DNA of 64,000 bases. Source: an uncultured Holophaga sp. GTDB taxonomy: Bacteria; Acidobacteriota; Holophagae; Holophagales; Holophagaceae. Under the pieces are notes generated by a model. The model had not been told where the DNA came from. It saw nothing but the letters and a program-made list of their open reading frames with translations, and searched no databases. Below are positions 9,697 through 19,312 of the stretch, in pieces. The stretch's first letter is position 1. The number at the start of each line of letters is the position of its first letter. Where the stretch lies: contig OY761614.1 in the NCBI GenBank assembly GCA_963664825.1, positions 1,280,001 to 1,344,000 on the forward strand. Reading direction: 5' to 3'. The position numbers and the translations under genes are program-made.

Positions 9697-11538
9697 ATGT
9701 CCCACTGCGTGGTCGAGTGTGTCCCCAATTTCAGCGAAGGCCGCGATATGGCCAAGATGCGGCTCATCACGGGAGCCATTGAGACAGTGGCTGGCGTGAA
9801 GCTGCTGGACGTGGATCCCGGGGCCGACACCAACCGCACGGTGGTGACCTTCGTGGGGGACCCGGATTCGGTCGTGGAGGCCGCCTTCCGGGGCATCCAG
9901 AAGGCGCTCGAAGTCATCGATATGCGCGGCCATAGCGGCGCGCATCCCCGCATGGGCGCCTGCGACGTGTGCCCCTTCATCCCGGTGGAAGGCGTCTCCA
10001 TGGAAGACTGCGCGGGGCTCGCCCGGCGTCTGGGCGAGCGCGTGGGCCGGGAGTTGCAGCTGCCCGTCTACCTCTACGAACATGCCGCCAGCCGCCCGGA
10101 GCGCCAGAACCTGGCCGTGGTGCGCAAGGGCGAGTACGAGGGCCTGGAGGCCAAGCTCCAGGACCCGGACTGGGCGCCGGATTTCGGCCCGGCCACCTTC
10201 GTCCCCGAATTCGGCGCCCTCATCACAGGCGCCCGGGAATTCCTCATCGCCTACAACATCACCCTGAATAGCCGCGACAAGGCCCATGCCACCGATATCG
10301 CCTTCGATCTGCGGGAGAAGGGCCGGGTGGCCCGCCGGGGCCAGACCAGCGCCTTCTACAGCAGCGGCCGAGAACTGCGCTACGCGGAAGGCTGCTTCCC
10401 CTGCGGCAATTGCGAACTGGACTTCCCCACCTATGAGGCTCTGGAAGCCCATTGCCACACCGTCCACGGCTACGATCTGCGCCGCCTCCTCAAGCTCAAC
10501 GATATCGATGCGACGAGGCCCATCCTCGGCAAGAAGGCCTACAAGGCTGGACTCTTCACCGAATGCAAGGCCATCGGCTGGTACGTGGATACCTACAAGC
10601 GGGCCCAGCTCTCCATCAATCTCACCAACTACAAGGTGACGAGCCCCGTGGATGTGCTGGAGACTACGCGCCGCATGGCAGTGGCCCGGGGCCTGGTGGT
10701 GACCGGCAGCGAGATCGTGGGCCTAGTGCCCTTCAAGCCCCTCTTCGATGCGGGTCAGTTCTACCTGCGCCAGCAGGGCAAGTCCCCCTTCGTCCCCGTG
10801 GCCGATGTGCTGGAGAACGCCGTCTTCAGTATGGGGCTGGCCGATGTGGCTCCCTTTGAGATCGAGAAGAAGGTGCTGGGCCTGCCCAAGGTTTTTGAAA
10901 CCGGCCTCATGGCCATGAAGGTAACGGATTTCGTGACGGAGGTGAGTCGCGATACCCCCGCCCCCGGGGGCGGCAGCATCGCGGCCCTGGCCGGAGCCCT
11001 GGGCGCGAGCCTCGCCTCCATGGTGGCCAATCTCACCAAGGCCAAGAACGCCGAACATGGCGCCAGCCTCCTGGCCGCCGCCGACCAGGCCCACCGAGTG
11101 AAGGACGCGCTCGTCCTCGCGGTCGATGAGGACACCAACGCCTTCAACGCCTACATGGACGCCCGGAGACTGCCCCAGGGCAGCCCGGAGGAAAAGGCTC
11201 TGCGCGAGGCGGCCATGCTGGAGGGCCTGAAGATCGCCGTCAATGTGCCCTTCCAGACCGCCGCCCTCTGCCTGGAGGCCATGCAGGCCGCCGGCGCCGT
11301 CATTGAACAGGGCAACCCCGCCTCCATCACCGACGGCATGGTGGGCGTGCAGATGGGCTTCGCCGGTGTGCGGGGCGGCATCTGGAACGTGCTCATCAAC
11401 CTCAAGGATATCGACGACGCCGCCTACAATGCCGACATGAAGGCCCGCTGCGAGAAACTCCTGATGGAGGCCATCGGCCTCATGGATCGCGCCATCAGCG
11501 AAGGCGATGCCCGCCTGGGAGCCATGCTGGCGAAGTAG
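9697..11538 (+). CDS. ftcD: Glutamate formimidoyltransferase / formiminotetrahydrofolate cyclodeaminase (bifunctional), with an inserted C2H2 zinc finger
   Basis: VECVPNFSEGRD, HPRMGACDVCPF, TGAREFLIAYN, GSEIVGLVP; C-terminal PAPGGGSIAALAGALG and GNPASITD cyclodeaminase domain; AGGAG RBS. Confidence 0.95.
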   Translation: MSHCVVECVPNFSEGRDMAKMRLITGAIETVAGVKLLDVDPGADTNRTVVTFVGDPDSVVEAAFRGIQKALEVIDMRGHSGAHPRMGACDVCPFIPVEGVSMEDCAGLARRLGERVGRELQLPVYLYEHAASRPERQNLAVVRKGEYEGLEAKLQDPDWAPDFGPATFVPEFGALITGAREFLIAYNITLNSRDKAHATDIAFDLREKGRVARRGQTSAFYSSGRELRYAEGCFPCGNCELDFPTYEALEAHCHTVHGYDLRRLLKLNDIDATRPILGKKAYKAGLFTECKAIGWYVDTYKRAQLSINLTNYKVTSPVDVLETTRRMAVARGLVVTGSEIVGLVPFKPLFDAGQFYLRQQGKSPFVPVADVLENAVFSMGLADVAPFEIEKKVLGLPKVFETGLMAMKVTDFVTEVSRDTPAPGGGSIAALAGALGASLASMVANLTKAKNAEHGASLLAAADQAHRVKDALVLAVDEDTNAFNAYMDARRLPQGSPEEKALREAAMLEGLKIAVNVPFQTAALCLEAMQAAGAVIEQGNPASITDGMVGVQMGFAGVRGGIWNVLINLKDIDDAAYNADMKARCEKLLMEAIGLMDRAISEGDARLGAMLAK

Positions 11539-11683
11539 GCGGCTTGTCGTTTTGGAAGCAGGTTCTTTCCAGAATGTGAGTTGGATAAGGATGCCCGAGC
11601 ATGAGGACCTGAAGGCCTTCCCATAACCAGTCGCTGTCCCGCAAAAACCCTACTTCCGCTTCAATCGCCTCAGCCACCAGTCT

Positions 11684-11926
11684 TCAACGAAGGCCTTGCT
11701 CGGAGCGTAAGGGAAACGCATCCGGTTCGTCGGCATTCTTCATGGCCTTGTGCAGGGCTCTGGCCGTCTGGGCGTCATAGGCATGCAAGGCAAATAACCA
11801 GATTTCGCGCAATTCGAAACGCGTAAGCTGCTGTCCCCAGATGGACCTCAGAACCACCTCGACCTGATGCCCTGGTTCCACCACAAGGTGCCGGTAGCTC
11901 TCTTCGACAAGCTGGGTCTGGATCAC
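11684..11926 (-). CDS. Small hypothetical protein (80 aa)
   Basis: GTG start preceded by a strong GAGGAGG RBS; no recognisable motif. Confidence 0.4.
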   Translation of the reverse strand: MIQTQLVEESYRHLVVEPGHQVEVVLRSIWGQQLTRFELREIWLFALHAYDAQTARALHKAMKNADEPDAFPLRSEQGLR

Positions 11927-12097
11927 TTTCCCTCCTCGGCAGAGGCCGGACCAGGAAACGGTTTCGACGGTTCGGCGGGGCCCACAGGACCCCAGCCCAG
12001 GCCCCCTATTCCGGACCTGGGCTGGAGACCTCATCCAAGGCCATCTCTCGCACCCGCCCATCAGTAGGCAGGTATTCACAGAGGCGTAGCGCCTTGA

Positions 12098-12742
12098 CTA
12101 CTGCAGTTTGAGGGTTCCCACCTTAAAAGTCACATCCTCCGTCTTGCGCTTGAGGATTGTGCCGATGCTCTTGGGAATGACCCGTGCCTTGATAACAGTC
12201 AAGGGCACGTCTCCTGGCGAGGCATTGAGGCTGGCATCGAAATCGAGGGCCACCTGGAGGACGACGCCGCTGCAGTCCTTGGCCGTGGCACCCTGTTCAG
12301 GCCCGTACAGCTCTTCATCTGTCTTCTGGAAGATTCCCACCATCAGCTTGCCGTTGGAGACCCCTCCCGCCTGCAAATTGGTAGGGATCTCCTTGTGGTC
12401 GGAGGTGAAGGGCTCTTTGTCCAGAAAGACACCGCCGTCCTTGTAGTAGCCCCCCGGCTTTCCCTGGGGATCCGGGAGGCGGGCGAACTTCACCAGGGCG
12501 GGATCCGCCTGGAGCGTGAACCCAATGCCTCGATACGTGCTGCCATCCGATGGACCCACCAAGTTCAATACGAGGTGCGTGTCGGTGCTGGCGGCGTCCT
12601 TGAGTAGCTTCCACTCCCCCGCAGCGGCGGTGGGATCTGTGTAGGAGAGGCTCTTGGCCGGGGCGAGGTGGTGATCACTGCCGCCACACCCCATGAGAAG
12701 AGAAAGGGCCAGAGGAACAACAATGGAATACAGCGTTTTCAT
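12098..12742 (-). CDS. Lipoprotein, possible cohesin-like beta-sandwich
   Basis: Lipobox LLMG-C19; beta-rich; starts 9 bp downstream of the M4 peptidase stop. Confidence 0.75.
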   Translation of the reverse strand: MKTLYSIVVPLALSLLMGCGGSDHHLAPAKSLSYTDPTAAAGEWKLLKDAASTDTHLVLNLVGPSDGSTYRGIGFTLQADPALVKFARLPDPQGKPGGYYKDGGVFLDKEPFTSDHKEIPTNLQAGGVSNGKLMVGIFQKTDEELYGPEQGATAKDCSGVVLQVALDFDASLNASPGDVPLTVIKARVIPKSIGTILKRKTEDVTFKVGTLKLQ

Positions 12743-12751
12743 ATATAAACC

Positions 12752-15121
12752 TCAGTGATTGAATGCGTTGTTGAAGCCTTCGAGAAAGAGTTCGAGACAG
12801 ACGTCATCCACCCCAGCGATGCTGTCGTAAAGCTTGGCGGCGGGATAGACGTCGATGCCGTTGTACGCAAGCGCCAAAGCACCCATGTCGCAGGCGTCCG
12901 TATCGGTGTCGCTGTCGCAATCCAGGCTGACCCCGAAGACCATGTTCACGGCATATGCCCTGGGATCCTGCTTGCTGATGGCCTTGACGGGCCAGTAGGC
13001 GCCGTTGGAGGCCACGGGGGCTATGAAATTGCCGTCCACAAACTTGCCGCCCTCTGGATAGCGAGCGGACAGACCGCCCAGATCCCAGGTGACCTCAGTA
13101 TTTTTCGCATTGGCCACCGTGGGTGGGGGCAGGGGCGTCGGCACCAGGGCGGGGGCTACGACAATGTTTGGATTGCGGAACGGCGAATTGGCAACGGCCT
13201 TGAAGGTCACGAGAACGGGATCCTGTCCCACTTCAGCCCGCCCCACATTGATGGCGGCGAAGGCGTTCTTTACTGCGGCCACCTCGGGGGAGTCTGCGGC
13301 TCCCGTCGGTGGGTGGAGTTCGGTTGCCGCAGCCAGGACGGCTTCCCGGATCGCGTGATAGTCCGCCGAGGAATCGGTCACCGTGCTCATGGCCCGGTAC
13401 CAGATGCGTATGGCATTATCGTTGCCGATGCCCGTCATCCCTGCGGGCAGATAGGATGAGTAGGTTTCCTTGGTCGGGTCGCTGGCGGCCCCTTGACTCA
13501 GGAAATAGAAGGCCCGGTTCGCGGGACCGTTGCTGTAGTGGCAATCCTCCATCCCCATCCCGTCAAACCAATGATCGAAGCTGAGCCCATCTTTGCTGGG
13601 CTTGTAGAGCCAGCGCGTGGGAGTGAGTCCGTCCTTGGAAAGCTGGGATCCCAGGGTCCAGAGGTAATCCGCCCTGTTGTGGCCGCCGGGTGCCTTGGTG
13701 GTGGCATCGGGAACGATCGGGCCGGTGCCATCGGCACCCCAGACGTAGTACTTAACCATGGTGGCATGGATGTCCGAATTGCCTTCATTGAGCCCTTGGC
13801 TCTCGCCGCCGCTCAGATTGGCCGTGAAGGTCATGACGCCGTGGCTCATCTCGTGAGCGGCCACGTCGAGGCAGGTGAGCGATCCCGTCGGGGCCCCGTC
13901 TCCGTAGTGCATGACGAACAGGGATGGAATCCATGCCGCGTTATTCAAAACCCGACCTGCCCCCATACCGTCATCCATGTGCACGATACTCACGGGCGAA
14001 GTCCCCTGGCCATCGATGCCGCCATCGCGTCCCAGGACGTTCTTGTAATAGTCCCACGTCATCTGGAGGGCATAGTGGGCGTCCACGGCAGCCGTTTGGC
14101 CGTGAGCATCGTATAGCCGGTCGGGCCATTCATTCTCCCAGTCGAATGGCTGCCCATCGCCCCAGGTGTTGCTGGCGTTGGTGAAGGGCATGGTCCCGCT
14201 ATTGTTTGTCGAGTTATAGTTATCGTAACAGACGGTCTGGAAGCCAATTCCTCCATACTCCGGGAGCGGCAGGCCCTCGGGTGGAGCGATGGACCAAGGA
14301 TGGGGCTTGGTGGCCCGGGTCGTATCGCGGAGGATGAACTGGTTAGAACTGTCCGTCAACTGCACGGTGTTGAGACTCACAGTGCCGTTGTACTGGCTGG
14401 TCCCCGTTCCCACGGCCGGCGTATCCGCGTAATGCACCCCGTCCCACTTCTTCAAGATCTCGCCTGTTTGTCCATCGATGATGAACTCAGTAACTGCAAA
14501 ACCATGTGTTTTTGCCTGTATGGCGCTGATCTGGAAGGCCCAGCGATAGGGATCCGTCTTCTTCGACGTGCCCACGCTGTAGACCGGATCGACCACGAAG
14601 CGCCCGCTGGCGTCGCGCTTCATCTTGATGCCATCCTGGTACTTGGTGGGGAACACCAGGCGCTTGACCTGCAGGGGCCAGAGCTTGCCTTCCTGGGGGA
14701 GGTTCCTGGTGACGATCTCCCGAATCTTGGATTCGTCAAGCAGGGCAACGGAATCGAGACTGATGTCTTTCTGAACGGTGGCGTGGGGGGGCAGCATGCG
14801 ACCCGTCGCGTCCATGTGACCGAGCACGATGCCGTTGTAGACTTCCACTCCACGAAAGGTCTGGTGGCAGCGGACGTGAGTCTGACCAAAGGCATCCGTG
14901 ACCTGGTTGAACGCCTGAAGGCCATCCAGCATTCCAAGCCCCAGGGTGGTTTTGTCTCCTTCCAGGCTGCGGGTGAGTTGAGCCACGCGCTGTGACTGCT
15001 GGCCCCGGATGAATGCGAGCATGTCGTGGGGGAGGGGCCGCAGGCCCTCGCCCGCTGACAGCAGGCCGGTCACTGTTAGCAGTGCCAACAGCGTGAGATG
15101 TGGACGGACGCGACGTGCCAT
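12752..15121 (-). CDS. Secreted M4 (thermolysin-family) metallopeptidase with C-terminal Ig-like and dockerin-like regions
   Basis: Signal peptide; FTP propeptide (DAFGQTHVRCHQTFRGVEV); AAVDAHY, NNAAW, AHEMSHGV, GLNEGNSD; RBS AAGGAG. Confidence 0.93.
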   Translation of the reverse strand: MARRVRPHLTLLALLTVTGLLSAGEGLRPLPHDMLAFIRGQQSQRVAQLTRSLEGDKTTLGLGMLDGLQAFNQVTDAFGQTHVRCHQTFRGVEVYNGIVLGHMDATGRMLPPHATVQKDISLDSVALLDESKIREIVTRNLPQEGKLWPLQVKRLVFPTKYQDGIKMKRDASGRFVVDPVYSVGTSKKTDPYRWAFQISAIQAKTHGFAVTEFIIDGQTGEILKKWDGVHYADTPAVGTGTSQYNGTVSLNTVQLTDSSNQFILRDTTRATKPHPWSIAPPEGLPLPEYGGIGFQTVCYDNYNSTNNSGTMPFTNASNTWGDGQPFDWENEWPDRLYDAHGQTAAVDAHYALQMTWDYYKNVLGRDGGIDGQGTSPVSIVHMDDGMGAGRVLNNAAWIPSLFVMHYGDGAPTGSLTCLDVAAHEMSHGVMTFTANLSGGESQGLNEGNSDIHATMVKYYVWGADGTGPIVPDATTKAPGGHNRADYLWTLGSQLSKDGLTPTRWLYKPSKDGLSFDHWFDGMGMEDCHYSNGPANRAFYFLSQGAASDPTKETYSSYLPAGMTGIGNDNAIRIWYRAMSTVTDSSADYHAIREAVLAAATELHPPTGAADSPEVAAVKNAFAAINVGRAEVGQDPVLVTFKAVANSPFRNPNIVVAPALVPTPLPPPTVANAKNTEVTWDLGGLSARYPEGGKFVDGNFIAPVASNGAYWPVKAISKQDPRAYAVNMVFGVSLDCDSDTDTDACDMGALALAYNGIDVYPAAKLYDSIAGVDDVCLELFLEGFNNAFNH

Positions 15122-15277
15122 GAGGACTCCTTGAAACGGGGAACCCATCCGGAGCCGGAGGACCAGCCCACGGATGGGATACCATACGGAAAGACCTTGC
15201 GGTCTCAGTGACGAATCTCGGCAGAGGCAAAACGGATGGGGATTCACTGACCTTGGTGAACATTAACAAGAGCGGGT

Positions 15278-15292
15278 GTTACGTTCGGTTAC
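15278..15292. promoter_or_regulatory. Direct repeat GTTAC-N5-GTTAC, candidate OmpR/CpxR-type box
   Basis: GTTACGTTCGGTTAC in the divergent region between the peptidase and the response regulator. Confidence 0.4.
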
Positions 15293-15394
15293 TTTTCAAG
15301 GACCGACCATTCAGGGCGCCTCGGCCTCATGACATCGCCGTATACTCTCTTTATTTACGTGGCCAAGCCACCTTCCCGAACAGAGACCATAATC

Positions 15395-16084
15395 ATGCAC
15401 CGCATCCTCGTGGCCGATGACGAAGCGAACCTGTGCAGCCTGATCGTGCAGACTCTCCAGCAAGCTGGCTATGAGGCCGTGGCAGTGGGTAATGGAGCCA
15501 AAGCACTCGAACTGCACCAAGCCGAGCCTGTGGATCTCATGGTGCTCGATCTCAATATGCCAGTGATGGATGGCTTCGAGGTCCTGAAGGCCTTGCGTCC
15601 AAGGGACGAGGTGCCGGTATTGATGCTCACGGCACAGGGGCTCGAGCAAAAGCGGGTGAAAGGCTTCGGGTTGGGAGCGGATGACTACGTCGTCAAACCC
15701 TTCAGCACCACTGAACTGGTGGCGCGCATCGGGGCTATCCTCCGACGCACAACCCGTTACAAAGAACGCCCCAGACTCCGCACGGGCCCCTTCCTGTTGG
15801 ACTGCATGAACAAGCGCCTCCTCAGGGATGGGGACTTGGTGAACATCACACCGGTGGAGTACTTCATCCTCGAGCTCCTCATCACCCATGCTGGGCAGCA
15901 CCTCACCCGGGAGGCACTGCTAAATCTTGCATGGCCCGCAGATGCTCGGCCGTCACCCCGCACCGTGGACGTGCACTTGGCAAGGTTGCGTCCGAAGATC
16001 ACACTTGAAGGTGATCCCAAATGGATCGTGTCGTCAGGAAGCCACGGCTACTGCTGGACCTGTCCTGTAGAAGCAGAGCAGTAG
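15395..16084 (+). CDS. OmpR/PhoB-family response regulator
   Basis: ILVADDE, VLDLNMPVMDG, GADDYVVKPF; winged helix RTVDVHLARLR. Confidence 0.93.
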   Translation: MHRILVADDEANLCSLIVQTLQQAGYEAVAVGNGAKALELHQAEPVDLMVLDLNMPVMDGFEVLKALRPRDEVPVLMLTAQGLEQKRVKGFGLGADDYVVKPFSTTELVARIGAILRRTTRYKERPRLRTGPFLLDCMNKRLLRDGDLVNITPVEYFILELLITHAGQHLTREALLNLAWPADARPSPRTVDVHLARLRPKITLEGDPKWIVSSGSHGYCWTCPVEAEQ

Positions 16085-16114
16085 AACTGCCTCGGCGGAA
16101 TCACACGGATCGCG

Positions 16115-19100
16115 TCAAACGATTCGACCATCTGCCTCATTGCGTGCCGCAGGCAATTCGACGAAAAAGGTCGCGCCGCATCCCAGTTCGCTGTCTACCC
16201 AGATGCGGGCTTCCTGGAGTTCGACCAAGTGTTTAACGATGGAAAGTCCGAGACCTGTGGACTTCTCCCCACCCGTGGGCTTGGCGCTTAGTACAGCATA
16301 ACGTTCGAAAAGCCGCGAGCGGTCCTCCGCACTCAACCCCGGTCCCTGGTCCTCCACGGAGCAAATGACCGTCGATCCTCGAGGCTCAACCCGCAACGTG
16401 ACACAGCTACCCGGCGGAGAAAACTTGATGGCGTTAGAGACTAGGTTATCCAGGATTTCCTGGACCAGCCTTGGGTCGGCATAAACGATGTGGCCAGAGG
16501 GAGGCAGAACCGTCAGCAGCGCAATTCGCTTGGATTCCGCGTGTCCCTGGTGGTGGCATTTCACCCAGTCCACCACTTCGGCCAGGGAGACCTCCTCGGA
16601 TTCAACGTGGACTTTCCCAGTATCGAGCGCCGCGATATCGAGGAAGCGTCCCACCAAGGCGCTCATGCCTAGGCTCTCTTCCCGAATCATCTGGGCTTTC
16701 CTGGAGATCTCTTCAAGGTCTTTCTCTCTTGACATCATCTCGGCCGCCACGACGATGGTTGTGAGCGGATTGCGAAGATCGTGGGCAGCCATTCCGAGAA
16801 AGTGCTTTTGCTGTTCGTTCAGTCCCTCCAGTTCGACGTTCACGCGAACCAGTTCCTGGGCCTTGAGTTCGAGTTGGCGTTCGTGCTCGACAATTTCGCG
16901 CGTAGCGTCTGTCACCTGCTCGTGGAGGGTGCGGTTGTGAACCGCCAGGCGATGGGTGCGATACCGCACCATTCCCCAGATTCCGACACACGCCAGGAGG
17001 AGTTCGACCAACCTTGCGGGCCATGTCATCCACCAGGGTGGCCGCACCCGGAAGGCCAAGGTGGCGCAGGAGCCCCACCCCCCCCCCTCATAGCGGGCCC
17101 TGGCTTCGAACCGGTAATTCCCCGCTCCCAGGCCAGGAATGTTGAGAGTCAGCGCTTCACTGGGCCGCCAGACCGGATCCAGGCCCACAAGGCGCGTCTG
17201 GATTTGCCAGCGCGGATTCGCCAAGCCAGGGCTGGAAAACTGGACATGGAGGTTGTTCTGCGAGGAGGGAACAACGATCTCCTTCGATCCATAGAGATCC
17301 AGCCGCTGTTCCCCCAAGGTGGCCTCGAATATTCGGGTGATAGGCGGAAGAGGCCCCAGGTCCATGGCTTTCTCCCGGTAATGGGCCAGCCCACCCGAGG
17401 TGCCGATCCAGATTTCTCCGCTCGGCTCGGCCAGCATGGCTTTGTTGCTGACGTCACACCAGACCAGGCCATCGCCGGATGTGAAACGGGTGATGTTGCC
17501 ATGATCCCGCACTTCCACCCCCAGGCCTCCTCCGAGCCAGATACGGCCCCGGGCATCCATGCAGGTTGCGTAGATGGGATCGCGTTGGCGGCGCTCGCCG
17601 CCTTCATGCTTTTCCAGGATCTCCATGCCCTCTCGCCCCTGCCGGAAGCGGATCCATCCGTTTGTGCTTCGGGAACTCAGGAACATCTCGCCCTTCGCGA
17701 AACGCCCCAGTGTGAACGGGTTGGGCAAGACGCCGTCACGGGTGGTGTAGCGCCGGCAACCCTGTTCATCGAAGTGAAACAGTGCGGACTGCGTGATGAC
17801 CCAGATGCCGCCTTCTGAATCGGCCTCCAGATCCATGAACTCCTCGCCGAACGGGCTCTCGGGCAAGCTGACGGGCCGGAAAACCCAGGTCGTCCCAGTC
17901 TTCTCTCCGACGAACACCCCTGAGCTCTGCATGCAAATCCAGAGGCTTCCCCGGCGGTCCAGACCCATGGCCAAGCACCTGTCGCCCTGGCGCACGGGAA
18001 GCGGGTGTCGAATCACACTCAGGCTTTTGGGGTCCCACTCGAAGAGCACTGTCGGGATTCCCGAAGCCACCAAATGGCCACTCGGTAGTTCCGCCATGCA
18101 GGAGATCAGCGTACGCTCTGTTCCATGTAGGATTTTCCAGCCCGCCGGTGCAGCCCTGGCGATACCTTGGTGGGTGGCTGCCCACATTGTCCCACTGCGG
18201 TCTCGCCGGATGGACCACACGATGTTCGAAGGCAAGCCACTCTGAGTGTTATAGAAAGTCCAGTTTTCACGACCCAGGAGCTGGTATAGACCGCCTATGC
18301 CTCCGATCCATATTGAGCCTTCCGTGTCCTGGTACAGGGAATAGGCCAACGAGGTGGGCAGACCCTGTTTGAGCGTAATGATGGACCATCGATCCCCATC
18401 AAGGATTTCCACTCGGTCTTTGGAAGGAACCCAAAGGCGGCCCAGGCGGTCCGATAGGAGGCTGGCTCCCCGCCGAGAAAAGCCCTCCTTATTGAATTTC
18501 CTTACAGCAGTAAAAGATGAGCCATTGGAAGGGCGCATCCACAGGTGGCTTGCAGTTCGAGCCCAGAACCTCGACTGCCCATCCAGGGCCAAGGCAACAA
18601 TGCCTTCTTCTCCAAGGCCCTGCTCGCGCTCCCAGCGTTTCCAGCGACACCCGGGAAGCCGCACCACGAGACCGGTTTCCGAGCCCACCCAAAGGGCATC
18701 CCCGGCGACCAGCAGGGCCTGCACGGATCCGAAATGCCAATCCGGCACAGCCGTGAAGCCCGTTTCCCGAGATCCCAAGAAAACGCCCTGGTTGGTGCCA
18801 ACCCAAACCTGCCCCCCGGGAGCCATGGCCAAGGCGTTCACGGCAACCCTCCCGATCTCCCCAGCAGCGCATCGGATCCGGCCTTGATGAAGGTAAGCCA
18901 GGCCCTGATCAGTTCCCAGCCAGAGCGTACCTTCGGACGCGCATGCCAGGGAAAAAACCATGCGCCCCGGCAACCCGTCGTCGAGAGAAAATCGCTGGAA
19001 ATGTTTCCCGTCATAGCGGTACAAGCCATTCGCCGTTCCAACCCATAGGAAACCATCCCGATCCTGGGTCAAGCTCGTGACAACAAGGCTCTCAAGTCCT

Positions 19101-19312
19101 TGCTCAATGCCGAAGAAGCGGAAGGGAATGCGTGCAGGTGGCAAGCCCACACCCAACTGCGCAAATGGAATCGGCTGCGAGTCGGGACCACCTGCCATGG
19201 CCAGGCATGAAAGCAGCAGGAGGGACATGGCACGCCTACACCAACGAAAGGCACCGAACAGTCCAACGCTGGATGCCAGGCGTTTCAGCGATCGTTCTGA
19301 GGGGGATTCCAT
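16115..19312 (-). CDS. Sensor histidine kinase with periplasmic beta-propeller and Y_Y_Y domains (start codon uncertain, 19228-19372)
   Basis: Repeated DxxGxLWxGT propeller motifs; GNYRFEARAR; transmembrane helix after PPWWMTW; AHDLRNPL, NLVSNAIKFS, DQGPG, GLGLSIV. Confidence 0.92.
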   Translation of the reverse strand: MESPSERSLKRLASSVGLFGAFRWCRRAMSLLLLSCLAMAGGPDSQPIPFAQLGVGLPPARIPFRFFGIEQGLESLVVTSLTQDRDGFLWVGTANGLYRYDGKHFQRFSLDDGLPGRMVFSLACASEGTLWLGTDQGLAYLHQGRIRCAAGEIGRVAVNALAMAPGGQVWVGTNQGVFLGSRETGFTAVPDWHFGSVQALLVAGDALWVGSETGLVVRLPGCRWKRWEREQGLGEEGIVALALDGQSRFWARTASHLWMRPSNGSSFTAVRKFNKEGFSRRGASLLSDRLGRLWVPSKDRVEILDGDRWSIITLKQGLPTSLAYSLYQDTEGSIWIGGIGGLYQLLGRENWTFYNTQSGLPSNIVWSIRRDRSGTMWAATHQGIARAAPAGWKILHGTERTLISCMAELPSGHLVASGIPTVLFEWDPKSLSVIRHPLPVRQGDRCLAMGLDRRGSLWICMQSSGVFVGEKTGTTWVFRPVSLPESPFGEEFMDLEADSEGGIWVITQSALFHFDEQGCRRYTTRDGVLPNPFTLGRFAKGEMFLSSRSTNGWIRFRQGREGMEILEKHEGGERRQRDPIYATCMDARGRIWLGGGLGVEVRDHGNITRFTSGDGLVWCDVSNKAMLAEPSGEIWIGTSGGLAHYREKAMDLGPLPPITRIFEATLGEQRLDLYGSKEIVVPSSQNNLHVQFSSPGLANPRWQIQTRLVGLDPVWRPSEALTLNIPGLGAGNYRFEARARYEGGGWGSCATLAFRVRPPWWMTWPARLVELLLACVGIWGMVRYRTHRLAVHNRTLHEQVTDATREIVEHERQLELKAQELVRVNVELEGLNEQQKHFLGMAAHDLRNPLTTIVVAAEMMSREKDLEEISRKAQMIREESLGMSALVGRFLDIAALDTGKVHVESEEVSLAEVVDWVKCHHQGHAESKRIALLTVLPPSGHIVYADPRLVQEILDNLVSNAIKFSPPGSCVTLRVEPRGSTVICSVEDQGPGLSAEDRSRLFERYAVLSAKPTGGEKSTGLGLSIVKHLVELQEARIWVDSELGCGATFFVELPAARNEADGRIV

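Noticed and set aside
11495..11926. In-frame TGA at 11684-11686 as selenocysteine readthrough
   Set aside because: No redox motif or recognisable selenoprotein family, no convincing SECIS hairpin, and the extension would overlap the ftcD 3' end
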